This document shows positions 47,965 to 56,193 of a stretch of 64,000 nt of DNA, piece after piece. Origin of the DNA: an uncultured Candidatus Saccharibacteria bacterium (GTDB lineage: Bacteria > Patescibacteriota > Minisyncoccia > Phycocordibacterales > UBA2100); contig CAZELA010000003.1 of assembly GCA_964512835.1 (NCBI GenBank), forward strand, positions 15,516-79,515. Direction: 5' to 3'. The notes under the pieces were generated by a model that was not told the origin of the DNA, made no database searches, and saw only the letters and a program-made list of their open reading frames with translations. The position numbers were made by a program, and so were the translations under genes. Every line of letters begins with the position of its first letter. The stretch's first letter is position 1.

Positions 47965-48012
47965 CACAAATACAAAGGACCGACAGATTCTGTCGGTTCT
48001 TTGTATTTGGTG
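47965..48012 (+). terminator. Long hairpin immediately after tRNA-Val (caaatacaaaggaccgaca-gattc-tgtcggttctttgtatttg)
   Basis: Read from the sequence. Analogous in position and form to the hairpin after tRNA-Leu. Confidence 0.65.
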
Positions 48013-48023
48013 TTGCGCATCAG

Positions 48024-48127
48024 GACGAGAAAGCGAAGGCCGGGTACCCGCGAGCACGCGGGGATGCCTGAGCAGGGCCGAGCGGAGAAACGTTTTGACG
48101 AAAACGTTTCGAGCGCTTGGCCGAGTC
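48024..48127. repeat. Copy 2 of the ~104-nt structured repeat element, followed by a 30-nt duplicate of the tRNA-Val 3' end
   Basis: Aligns to 45218..45320. Hairpin GAAACGTTTT-gacg-AAAACGTTTC preserves the copy-1 stem through compensatory changes. 'cgagtcctgtatcgcccacacaaatacaaa' appears at both 47948..47975 and 48121..48150. Confidence 0.7.
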
Positions 48128-48182
48128 CTGTATCGCCCACACAAATACAAAACCCGCAGCAGTGCGGGTTTTGTGCATTTTG

Positions 48183-48254
48183 TGTCCCCGGTTGGAATCG
48201 AACCAACATAACCGGCTTAGAAGTCCGGTGTTCTATCCATTGAACTACAGGGAC
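48183..48254 (-). tRNA. tRNA-Arg (anticodon TCT)
   Basis: Reverse complement folds as acceptor GTCCCTG/CGGGGAC (one G-U); D-arm GTTC-AATGGATA-GAAC; anticodon loop CTTCTAA (A31-G39 mismatch); T-arm GTTGG-TTCGATT-CCAAC. Confidence 0.75.
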
Positions 48255-48292
48255 GTGCGCTGAATCGTAGCCGCGTACCCTACTCGGGTCAA

Positions 48293-48622
48293 TCAGTTAC
48301 TTTTCGACGGATCACTTACGGCAGGCGGAGTTGCGCGGCCGAGCTCGTAGTTTTCTCTGCGCTCATAGAATTGCGTTAATGTACCCTCGAGCTGTGTCCT
48401 ATCGATTGCGGGAGCAGCCTGTGATCCCCCTCCCGAAGTGGACGTCGATATGGTCTTCATGACCGCAGAGAATTCCCACACACCGAACAGAATGATCCCC
48501 ATCGCGGCGACTATTGCCGTCAGCAGTACGACACGCCAATACACTTCTGCGATCGGTCGCAGGTTTTCCGGCTCGTGACGAGCCTCGTAGAGCTCTTTGA
48601 AGGAATCGTGTGCGTCCGTCAT
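48293..48622 (-). CDS. Hypothetical single-TM protein co-transcribed with pilMNO (possible PilP-like accessory)
   Basis: Its ATG overlaps the upstream gene's stop (ATGA). TM 'VVLLTAIVAAMGIILFGVWEF'. Functional call is inference from context. Confidence 0.5.
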   Translation of the reverse strand: MTDAHDSFKELYEARHEPENLRPIAEVYWRVVLLTAIVAAMGIILFGVWEFSAVMKTISTSTSGGGSQAAPAIDRTQLEGTLTQFYERRENYELGRATPPAVSDPSKSN

Positions 48623-49170
48623 ATAGAAACTTGAATGAGCGTGAGTACCTTGATGCGCGCCGTAATGTGCCACGCGGGCTGCTTCGGGTCACTCGTATTG
48701 TTGCGCACGATTTCGATCTGATCCACTGACGACAAAAGAGGAAGTCGCTCGTAGAGTTGGGCAGCGTGCATAACCTGCGCCATCGATCCGTCTCCCTGCA
48801 CACTGAACATAACGGCGCGCAGTGTGTCACCCGATTTACCAAGCGGGAGCGTACCCGCGACCGACGCGTCACTTACCTTTGCCTCGATACCCGCACTTCT
48901 TCCCGCTGCGTCGATTGTGTCGATAACGGTCACCACATCAGCAGCAGCAAGCAGTGCCAGTTCCTCGCGTTTTTCTTTTGTCACCTCCGCAAGCGCCTGC
49001 ACCTTCTGGTTCATCGCCGACTGGTTCGCTTTAGTCATCGCTAGCTGCGTATCATTTGAACGCTGAAGCGCCGTTGCGCGGATCATCTGCGCCGCATACC
49101 CCACACCCGCGCACGATGCAATCGCGAAAACGAGCAATATCCACGACATGAGTTTGATGCGCTCCGACAT
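48619..49170 (-). CDS. pilO: Type IV pilus assembly protein PilO-like
   Basis: N-terminal TM plus coiled coil and periplasmic domain; position after pilM-pilN. Weak homology call. Confidence 0.55.
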   Translation of the reverse strand: MSERIKLMSWILLVFAIASCAGVGYAAQMIRATALQRSNDTQLAMTKANQSAMNQKVQALAEVTKEKREELALLAAADVVTVIDTIDAAGRSAGIEAKVSDASVAGTLPLGKSGDTLRAVMFSVQGDGSMAQVMHAAQLYERLPLLSSVDQIEIVRNNTSDPKQPAWHITARIKVLTLIQVSI

Positions 49171-49171
49171 A

Positions 49172-49681
49172 TCAAAAGTTTCCTTGCAGTGTTATGGAGA
49201 ACTGTCCGCTCGAACCGACGAGCGCCGCCACCGGTACCGACACCGTGGTAAATGTCCCGTCACCCTCGAGCGCCGTGCGGTACGCCGTCAGCTGTTCACG
49301 AGTCGCTTTCCCCCCGAGCTGAATCGATTTCGATGCACCGATATAACGGATATGATCGACCGTTACACCCTTGGGGCGCAGCTCAAGCGCCTTGATGACC
49401 GCTCTCGACGGCGACGACGTTGCGCTCACGACCGGCGCAACTGCAGTTAAGAGCGCTTGCGATCGAACCATGCTTTTCAGACTGTCTGCAGCGCCGGAGC
49501 CCTGGGCATTCACCTCTTCCGCGGAAAGCGTATTAACCTCGAGCGCCGCGAAGCTCGGTATGAGCGCAATCAGCGCGAACACCGACAACGCAATAAGCGT
49601 AAGCGACAAGACAATGATGAATCGTGCGCGATGCATTGCCCAGAGCGATCGTTGCGCAGGTACCGGTAGAACGTTCGACAT
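49172..49681 (-). CDS. pilN: Type IV pilus assembly protein PilN-like
   Basis: Single N-terminal TM (FIIVLSLTLIALSVFALIALIP) and periplasmic domain, directly after pilM. Confidence 0.55.
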   Translation of the reverse strand: MSNVLPVPAQRSLWAMHRARFIIVLSLTLIALSVFALIALIPSFAALEVNTLSAEEVNAQGSGAADSLKSMVRSQALLTAVAPVVSATSSPSRAVIKALELRPKGVTVDHIRYIGASKSIQLGGKATREQLTAYRTALEGDGTFTTVSVPVAALVGSSGQFSITLQGNF

Positions 49682-49684
49682 AAT

Positions 49685-50743
49685 TTATAGACCACGCAGC
49701 GCGAGTCCGACCGCGGTGGCAAATTGCAGCGACACATGTTTATCGATCGGCGGTACATAGTCTTCAAACGTTGTGACATGCCGCCACACATTACCCCGCA
49801 ACGCCTTTGCCTGTACGCGTCCCGAAATGTAGTCAGAAAGTCCGCGAAGATTTGCATTACCGCCGACCAGAATGACACGGCCGACCGGAGTCATGCGCTC
49901 CCCGTGCTCATTGCGCCTCGTATCCCAGTAGTGGTAGTGACGCGCAACCTCGTCGGCAAGCGCGGCGGCCGCTCCGCTCACGGCGTCCAGTTCCGGAGAC
50001 TTGGTTCCGTTACGCGTAGCAAGCAGGCCCTCGTCGTTCTTGAACCGTTCGGCGTCTTCGTGCGTCATATTGAGCTTTCCGACGAGCATCCGATCGATCA
50101 GGTCACCGCCCACCTCCACGGTCGACGTAAAGATCGGCACGCCCCGCTTCACGACGGCAAAACCCGTGCGTGCACGACCGAAATCCACCAATAACGTTAT
50201 CGGCTCTTCAGCGTCCGACGATGAAACGGCGCGCGCGATTGAACGCGCCTCAACCTCCAGCGAAAGCAGTGTAATACCGGCGGCAGAAAATGCGTCGACG
50301 TACGCCTGTGCCACGTCTTTCGGGAATACGACAACGCTTATTTCTTCGCTGCCGCCGTCGTCCCGCGAAAGCGTGTTGTAGTCGTACACAGCTGCGCTGG
50401 GTGGAATAGGAACACGGCCTTCAAATTCGAATTCGATCATCCCGAGCACCTGGGCACGCGGCGTGCCGCTCGGGACCTGCATGCTGAATACGTAAGCCGC
50501 CTCTTCGGGTAGTGCCGCATGAGCACAGTAGATACCCTTCAACTCTTTGCGTACGCCCTTGAGCACGTCCGCGAGCGCCGGCACATCATGAATAACCCCG
50601 TTCATTACAATGCCTGAACGGAGCGGAATATCGCCGTACGTCTGTACACGCAGACCGTTCTCTGCTGAAACGAGCGTCAGCCACTTGATCGACGAGTCCG
50701 AAATATCGACACCGGCGGCACGCGGCATCAGGAGACGCGGCAT
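49685..50743 (-). CDS. pilM: Type IV pilus assembly ATPase-like protein PilM (actin/FtsA fold)
   Basis: 'AGVDISDSSIKWLTL' start of the actin-like fold and overall PilM conservation. Start set at MPRLLMPR. Confidence 0.8.
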   Translation of the reverse strand: MPRLLMPRAAGVDISDSSIKWLTLVSAENGLRVQTYGDIPLRSGIVMNGVIHDVPALADVLKGVRKELKGIYCAHAALPEEAAYVFSMQVPSGTPRAQVLGMIEFEFEGRVPIPPSAAVYDYNTLSRDDGGSEEISVVVFPKDVAQAYVDAFSAAGITLLSLEVEARSIARAVSSSDAEEPITLLVDFGRARTGFAVVKRGVPIFTSTVEVGGDLIDRMLVGKLNMTHEDAERFKNDEGLLATRNGTKSPELDAVSGAAAALADEVARHYHYWDTRRNEHGERMTPVGRVILVGGNANLRGLSDYISGRVQAKALRGNVWRHVTTFEDYVPPIDKHVSLQFATAVGLALRGL

Positions 50744-50839
50744 CGGAAACCACCGCGTGAGGCGTCGCGAGAATGTTTCTTTCGCAGCAGAAAGAGCGGT
50801 GGGATCAGAAGACCACATCGCTCAATTATATCAGCATTG

Positions 50840-51235
50840 CTACTTCAATTTCGTTCCCTGTGGAACTTCTCGCTCCGGTTGTATGAGTGCGACACCCTTT
50901 TCGTCTGATGCAGCAATCAGCATGCCCTGACTCTCAACACCGCGAAGCATACGCGGCGCCAGATTTACGATGTACGGCAACTGACGACCGACCAGATCTT
51001 CAGGCTGTTTCCATTCTGCAATCCCGGAAACGATGGTGCGTGTGCCCATCGCTCCGAAATCGATCGTGCACTTGAGAAGCTTGTCGGCGTTCTCCACCTT
51101 TTCAACGGCCACGACGGTGCCGATACGTATATCAAGCTTGGCAAAATCATCGTACGAGATCTCAGCCTTCTTCTCGGGAACCGGAGTCTGTACTTCGACG
51201 GGGGCGATATTATCTGCGGGGGTTTGTTCTGACAT
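50840..51235 (-). CDS. Stand-alone tRNA-binding protein (Trbp111/CsaA/EMAP-II-like OB fold)
   Basis: 'FAKLDIRIGTVVAVEKVENADKLLKCTIDFG...RTIVSGIAEW...IVNLAPRMLRGVESQGMLIAAS' matches the MetRS C-terminal/Trbp111 domain. Confidence 0.82.
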   Translation of the reverse strand: MSEQTPADNIAPVEVQTPVPEKKAEISYDDFAKLDIRIGTVVAVEKVENADKLLKCTIDFGAMGTRTIVSGIAEWKQPEDLVGRQLPYIVNLAPRMLRGVESQGMLIAASDEKGVALIQPEREVPQGTKLK

Positions 51236-51242
51236 AGTCTGC

Positions 51243-51632
51243 CTAGTCTACACTTCCGGTTTTGATATCCAAATAGCGCTGCAGAATGATCGCGGCCGCA
51301 GACGCGTCGTCATGACGGTCATCCGGCGCGTAGCGGTTGGCTTCGATGGAGCTCCCCGCTTCCCACGAGGACGCAATCGGCACGTCGAGCGTCTTTTTCA
51401 GATCCTCGACGAAATCTCGCACCTTCAACGTGATGGGGTTCGGTATCCCGCCGTAGCTTTGCGTATCACCTACCACAATGAACCCGATCTTTTCGTCTTC
51501 GACGATCTTTTGGATCACACCGATGACTCCCCGCATGTTTGCGATGGTCTCACGCGGAAACGCGATCGTGCCCCCCTCGTCCGAGACAGCGAGTCCGATG
51601 CGCTTACCGCCGTAATCGATGCCCAAAAACTT
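51243..51632 (-). CDS. ruvX: Holliday junction resolvase-like RuvX/YqgF
   Basis: 'MKFLGIDYGGKRIGLAVSD' canonical N-terminus. Confidence 0.9.
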   Translation of the reverse strand, partial: KFLGIDYGGKRIGLAVSDEGGTIAFPRETIANMRGVIGVIQKIVEDEKIGFIVVGDTQSYGGIPNPITLKVRDFVEDLKKTLDVPIASSWEAGSSIEANRYAPDDRHDDASAAAIILQRYLDIKTGSVD

Positions 51633-51636
51633 CATG

Positions 51637-52278
51637 TCAGTAATCGTACGCTGTTCCGGTCTCGATTGCATCAAACGCGATGTTGTGGGATTTAAGGATG
51701 CCGCCGACCATTGCCGGAATAAACGCGGCGAATTGCGGGTGCAGGATCATATCGTGCACCGGGAACGCACGCTGCGGTTTGAGCATGATTGCGTAATCGA
51801 TTGCCTGGGACACCTTCATCCATGGACCGGCAACCGGAAGCGCCACGATTTCCACCGGCTCTCCCGGCTCAATAAACGCATCCCCCGGATACCAGAGGCG
51901 ACCCGCGATAAGAAATCCCGTATTTTGGATGCGCGGAATGGACGAGTGGATCTCTTCGTGCACGCCGGATACGCCGGTAAACGCAACGCCGCCGTGCTCG
52001 TGTGTCCCGTCCGTCATGGTGATGTGTTCGATGTGTTCGCGTGTGAGCAACGCAGACACCCCTTCGTTGCAGATAATCACAACCCTCGGGTTTGTAGCCA
52101 CAAGATGTTTTAACGATTCAAGGTGATAGTGGTCAGCGTGTTCGTGCGTGTAGAGAATAACGTCGATACCCGTGAGGGAGGAGTGGATGTTTGCAGTGAA
52201 TGCACCGGGGTCGGTCAGGATGCGGATCCCCCGCTCTTCAATCAGCAGACAACAATGTCCGTATTTCGTTATTTTCAT
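51637..52278 (-). CDS. Metallo-beta-lactamase-fold hydrolase
   Basis: 'YTHEHADH' (HxHxDH) motif. Confidence 0.85.
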   Translation of the reverse strand: MKITKYGHCCLLIEERGIRILTDPGAFTANIHSSLTGIDVILYTHEHADHYHLESLKHLVATNPRVVIICNEGVSALLTREHIEHITMTDGTHEHGGVAFTGVSGVHEEIHSSIPRIQNTGFLIAGRLWYPGDAFIEPGEPVEIVALPVAGPWMKVSQAIDYAIMLKPQRAFPVHDMILHPQFAAFIPAMVGGILKSHNIAFDAIETGTAYDY

Positions 52279-52293
52279 GCGCGTAGTATAGCC

Positions 52294-52707
52294 CTATCGT
52301 TCCTGAAGTTTCGATGTTTTGTAGATTTCGGGCTGAAAGGGTTTCAATCGGACGACACGGGTGTGCAATCCTGCACGGTCGAGCTCGGCCTGCAATTCGT
52401 TTACATAAAAGCTGTGCTGATCGTAGCCGAGCCCTATCACCTCGGGATCAGCCAAAACAATATGTCCGATGAAACCCTCACGATCTCCGAGAACCACCTC
52501 ATCCACAAGATTGCAGGCCTCGACCGTCTTGAGCCGTTCAAGCTCCGTATGTTTCGGCTTCATGCCTTTTATGCGTTCGGTCGATTGATCTCTCGCTATC
52601 GAAACAATGAGCTGCGGATCCTCTACGAGCGCGCGGGCCTGACGGAACATATCGAGATGTCCCTCGTGGAGCATGTCGAACGTACCGAATACCATTACCC
52701 GCCTCAT
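52294..52707 (-). CDS. Cytidylyltransferase-fold nucleotidyltransferase, RibL-like (putative FMN adenylyltransferase, archaeal type)
   Basis: '[22 protein letters not shown]...[18 protein letters not shown]' matches the (H/T)xGH nucleotidyltransferase core and resembles archaeal RibL/TagD. Start set at MRRVMVFG; it overlaps the upstream gene's stop by 4 nt. Confidence 0.7.
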   Translation of the reverse strand: MRRVMVFGTFDMLHEGHLDMFRQARALVEDPQLIVSIARDQSTERIKGMKPKHTELERLKTVEACNLVDEVVLGDREGFIGHIVLADPEVIGLGYDQHSFYVNELQAELDRAGLHTRVVRLKPFQPEIYKTSKLQER

Positions 52708-53657
52708 GATGCGACTTCCTCCTGATTCTCCCGACTGAGCATATAGAGCGCAAACAGAAGCAGTGCGGTGCCTGCCCACTGCCCCACAAACAGGCCAAAG
52801 TAGGTGCCCGGAGCGTTATTCCCTGCGATGAAATATGCGTTCACAAATACAGCCGCGAGCGGAAACCCGAGCTCTGCGAGCGTTGCGATGGATGCTTTCG
52901 TGAACTGCAGTCCGTAGTAGTAGATAGAGAGCGAAAAGACTCCGGAAACCATTGCCACGATTGCGATAAAGAGCCAGTCCGTGGGAGTAATCGAAGCGAA
53001 CGGAGGCAACTGGTCTTGCGCCGCGGAAAGCATCATCAGAAACACAAAAGCAATACCGAAACGCAGCGCGGTGAGGGTTTGGAATGAACTTGTGCGCAGT
53101 GCGTACTTGCCCAGTACCGTTGATGCTCCCCACAAGAGCGCCGCAGCGAGCGCGAACAACACCCCGAGCATGTTCGGGTTGAACACTTCCCCTTCGTACA
53201 TTTGCGGGCGTATGTCCGGAAAGCTGATGAGGTACGCTCCCGCGATCGCAACGAGCGCCCATATCCAGAAATATTTATGCATGCGCTCTTTCAGAAAGAG
53301 AGCGGCGAGTGATATTGCGATCAACGGTTGCACCTTTTGCAGCAGGATCGCTACCGAGGGATTCACGTACGAGAACGACTGTGTGAATGCTATCGAGGCG
53401 AGCGCCGAACCACCCACTGCGATCACGATGATTGCCGCCCACTCGCGCTTGGTGAATGTCGCGAGCTCCCGCCAATTGAAGAACAGTACCGGGATTACGA
53501 ACAAAAGGTTTACCGCATGTTCGGCGAGCACGATAAAACTCGACGACAGATCCTTTGTAAGGTACGTGCGGAACGGCGCGTCGGTCGCCCACAGCATCGC
53601 CGCCGCGAAGACGAGCAAGGGGCCGAAAAATGCGAGGGATCGGGTTACCTGCTTCAT
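52704..53657 (-). CDS. DMT-superfamily (EamA) transporter; possible RibN-like riboflavin importer
   Basis: 10-TM EamA architecture, translationally coupled (4-nt overlaps) between the riboflavin kinase and RibL-like genes. The substrate is inferred from context only. Confidence 0.8.
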   Translation of the reverse strand: MKQVTRSLAFFGPLLVFAAAMLWATDAPFRTYLTKDLSSSFIVLAEHAVNLLFVIPVLFFNWRELATFTKREWAAIIVIAVGGSALASIAFTQSFSYVNPSVAILLQKVQPLIAISLAALFLKERMHKYFWIWALVAIAGAYLISFPDIRPQMYEGEVFNPNMLGVLFALAAALLWGASTVLGKYALRTSSFQTLTALRFGIAFVFLMMLSAAQDQLPPFASITPTDWLFIAIVAMVSGVFSLSIYYYGLQFTKASIATLAELGFPLAAVFVNAYFIAGNNAPGTYFGLFVGQWAGTALLLFALYMLSRENQEEVAS

Positions 53658-53998
53658 ATGTTCAGGAAGTATGCACGAACGAGCGCCACATCGGAAGCCA
53701 TGGCGGCTTTGAGGTCACCGTCGTTCTCAAACCGGCGGTTGTCCCGGATCTTTTCGTATACATCTATGCGCGCGGTCTTGCCGTACAGATTCCCCGACAT
53801 ATCGAGCAAGTGCGCTTCGAGCACCCCGCGTTTTGCATCGCGGAACGCCGCCGCCAAGAACTCCGCGCCGTCGATCACGACTTTCGCCGCGTAAATACCG
53901 TCAAGATCACAGTCGGCGCACTCGATGTTGATAGTGGGGTACCCGAGAAGGGCGGCTCGCTTCGAGCCGTGAACCACTTCACCGGTGAATGATTTCAT
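53654..53998 (-). CDS. Monofunctional riboflavin kinase (bacterial RibF C-terminal-domain type)
   Basis: 'GEVVHGSKRAALLGYPTINI...GIYAAKV...HLLDMSGNLYG' riboflavin kinase motifs; 114 aa. Confidence 0.8.
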   Translation of the reverse strand: MKSFTGEVVHGSKRAALLGYPTINIECADCDLDGIYAAKVVIDGAEFLAAAFRDAKRGVLEAHLLDMSGNLYGKTARIDVYEKIRDNRRFENDGDLKAAMASDVALVRAYFLNI

Positions 53999-54001
53999 AT
54001 A

Positions 54002-55051
54002 TCAGTTAATCTCGATATCTATGTATCGCACATGCGGACAGGCACTTTTCACGCGCCCCTCAATCTCGTCGATCTTCTTTCCGATCATGCGCGGTATACG
54101 ATCGGCATACCACACACAGAATCGCTTGAATGCTTCGTAGTCGTTGCTGATGTTATCGAATTCCGAGAGTAACGACTCCTGCTGGTACGCCTCGTTCATC
54201 AGCGCAGCGCCATTGAACTCGATCTCGAACTTCACACGGTAGACGCCGATGTCGAGGACCGTCGATTTGAAGTCGATCACGCGCTCGATCGCCGGTTCAC
54301 CGGCGAGCACGTCCATGATTGCATCCTGATCGTCTTCGGGAATCGCACGACCGATAAGGTACGAGCGGTTTTTTGCAATCAATGCAATCGCAACAATACC
54401 AAGCAGTGTTGCGATGATGATCGAACCTACTGCATCCCATCGGGGATTACTCGTCAGGTACGAGAGAATAATTGAGCTCGCTGCGATAATGACGCCGAAC
54501 ACGGCGACACCGTCCTCGAGACACACGGCAAGTGTTGACGGGTCCGCAAGGACAAACCGTTCGGTCCATGACTGTTTAGGGAACGAACGTGCGAGTGATC
54601 GCAGTGCTACCCAGAGCGTAAGCGCCTCGACTACGAATGCCACCAAAAGCACCGCAAACGTAAGCGCGCTGATCTCGATCGGCTTAGGGTGCTGCAGTGC
54701 CTCGATGCCGTGATACATGGTGACCCCTGCCCCGACAAAGAAGATGCCGCACGCCGAAATGAGCGCCCAAAAGAACCGCTCGTTGCCGAATCCGTACGCG
54801 AATTCACTCGTGGGCTTTTTATGCGAGCGGGTGACGCCCACTAAAAGCAATGCTTGATTACTGGTGTCAGCAAAGCTGTGAATGGCCTCTGAGAACATGG
54901 CGCTTGAACCTGAGGCAGAGGCAGCCAGTACTTTGAAGACAGTGACGAGTGCATTCCCTATCAGGGCCGCCAGCACCGGCCAAAACCCTTTCGACTTCGC
55001 GATAGCCATTCGGACCACTCTATCATTGTCGATCTGTGCGATTGCTTGCAT
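54002..55051 (-). CDS. Cation diffusion facilitator (CDF) family metal efflux transporter
   Basis: 6-TM core with 'SEAIHSFADTSNQ' and 'GIIIATLLGIVA' CDF signatures plus a C-terminal cytoplasmic domain. Confidence 0.88.
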   Translation of the reverse strand: MQAIAQIDNDRVVRMAIAKSKGFWPVLAALIGNALVTVFKVLAASASGSSAMFSEAIHSFADTSNQALLLVGVTRSHKKPTSEFAYGFGNERFFWALISACGIFFVGAGVTMYHGIEALQHPKPIEISALTFAVLLVAFVVEALTLWVALRSLARSFPKQSWTERFVLADPSTLAVCLEDGVAVFGVIIAASSIILSYLTSNPRWDAVGSIIIATLLGIVAIALIAKNRSYLIGRAIPEDDQDAIMDVLAGEPAIERVIDFKSTVLDIGVYRVKFEIEFNGAALMNEAYQQESLLSEFDNISNDYEAFKRFCVWYADRIPRMIGKKIDEIEGRVKSACPHVRYIDIEIN

Positions 55052-55276
55052 AGCTGCACGACACCGCTTTCATGTCGCGAACGATTTCCCCCAATCTCAT
55101 ATAGGGCTCTGTTGAGCCTCAATCGGAGGATATCCACTGACGGGCTTGACGTGATGTTAGTTAGTGTATAACCTACACTTAGTGATCGAAATAGCGGGTA
55201 CACCCCGCTCTCTCTCGATCATTACTTAGTGTACTAAATACACTATTTATGCTCTTTGAAATAACGGAGGAAAACT

Positions 55277-56173
55277 ATGAAAAAGCGCACACCGATCGGC
55301 GTGGTGGTCGGCCGATTCCAGGTCGCCACCCTCCACAAGGGACACAAGCATCTGCTCACGTACGCCGATACGCGAAATGAACACCTGCTGGTTGTTCTCG
55401 GTACACCGGAGTTCCCTACCCCACGCAACCCGCTCTCGTTCGAGATGCGGAAGCACATGATCGAAGAAGCGTACCCTGAAGCGATCGTCGTCGAACTTCG
55501 TGACACACCCAAGGATGCCGTCTGGAGCACACAGCTCGATTCGATCATTCGACGGAAGTTTCCGAACGCCGATGCGACACTCTACGGATCACGTGATTCG
55601 TTCCTGTCAGTGTACTGCGGCACCAACCGCACCGAGCTCGTTCCCGAGCTTGTGGGATATTCCGGAACCGTCGAGCGAGCGAAGTACACACCCTCGAAGA
55701 CGACGACTGCGGCATTCCGTGCCGGCGTCGTTCACGGATTCACGAGCAGACTCAAGATGACCCGACCGATGGTCGACATCGCGATCCTGAAACGTCGTGA
55801 AGGCTTGATACTCCTGGGCGGTAAACCTACAGACCCGAAGGGTCTGTGGCGTTTCCCCGGAGGCTTGGTGGATCCGACTGACCCGTCGCTCGAATTCGCC
55901 GCAAAACGCGAATCGTACGAAGAAGTTCGGAACATCGAGATCGACGACGTCACCTACATCGGTTCGACGTCGGTCAATGACAGCCGCTATCGCGGCACCG
56001 GTGAATACGCGATCACCGCACTGTGTATCGCGACCTACATCTTCGGCAGAGCAGAAGCGGGCGATGATCTCTCGCGAGTCGAGTGGTTCCCTGTCTCGCA
56101 ACTGCCGAAGGTGCTCATCCCCGAGCATCGTAAGCTCGGCGAGATGCTCACCAACTATCTCTCACGCGCGTAA
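55277..56173 (+). CDS. nadM: Bifunctional NMN adenylyltransferase / Nudix hydrolase (NadM-Nudix)
   Basis: N-terminal 'GVVVGRFQVATLHKGHKHLL' archaeal-type NMNAT (HxGH) and C-terminal Nudix box 'GGKPTDPKGLWRFPGGLVDPTDPSLEFAAKRESYEEV'. Confidence 0.88.
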   Translation: MKKRTPIGVVVGRFQVATLHKGHKHLLTYADTRNEHLLVVLGTPEFPTPRNPLSFEMRKHMIEEAYPEAIVVELRDTPKDAVWSTQLDSIIRRKFPNADATLYGSRDSFLSVYCGTNRTELVPELVGYSGTVERAKYTPSKTTTAAFRAGVVHGFTSRLKMTRPMVDIAILKRREGLILLGGKPTDPKGLWRFPGGLVDPTDPSLEFAAKRESYEEVRNIEIDDVTYIGSTSVNDSRYRGTGEYAITALCIATYIFGRAEAGDDLSRVEWFPVSQLPKVLIPEHRKLGEMLTNYLSRA

Positions 56174-56193
56174 GCGCTCCATAGGAGGACGTC

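Noticed and set aside
47796-48243. Track ORFs 47796..48071, 47840..48211, 47898..48209, 47938..48150 and 48001..48243
   Set aside because: They run across tRNA-Val, the repeat element and tRNA-Arg, so they are non-coding.
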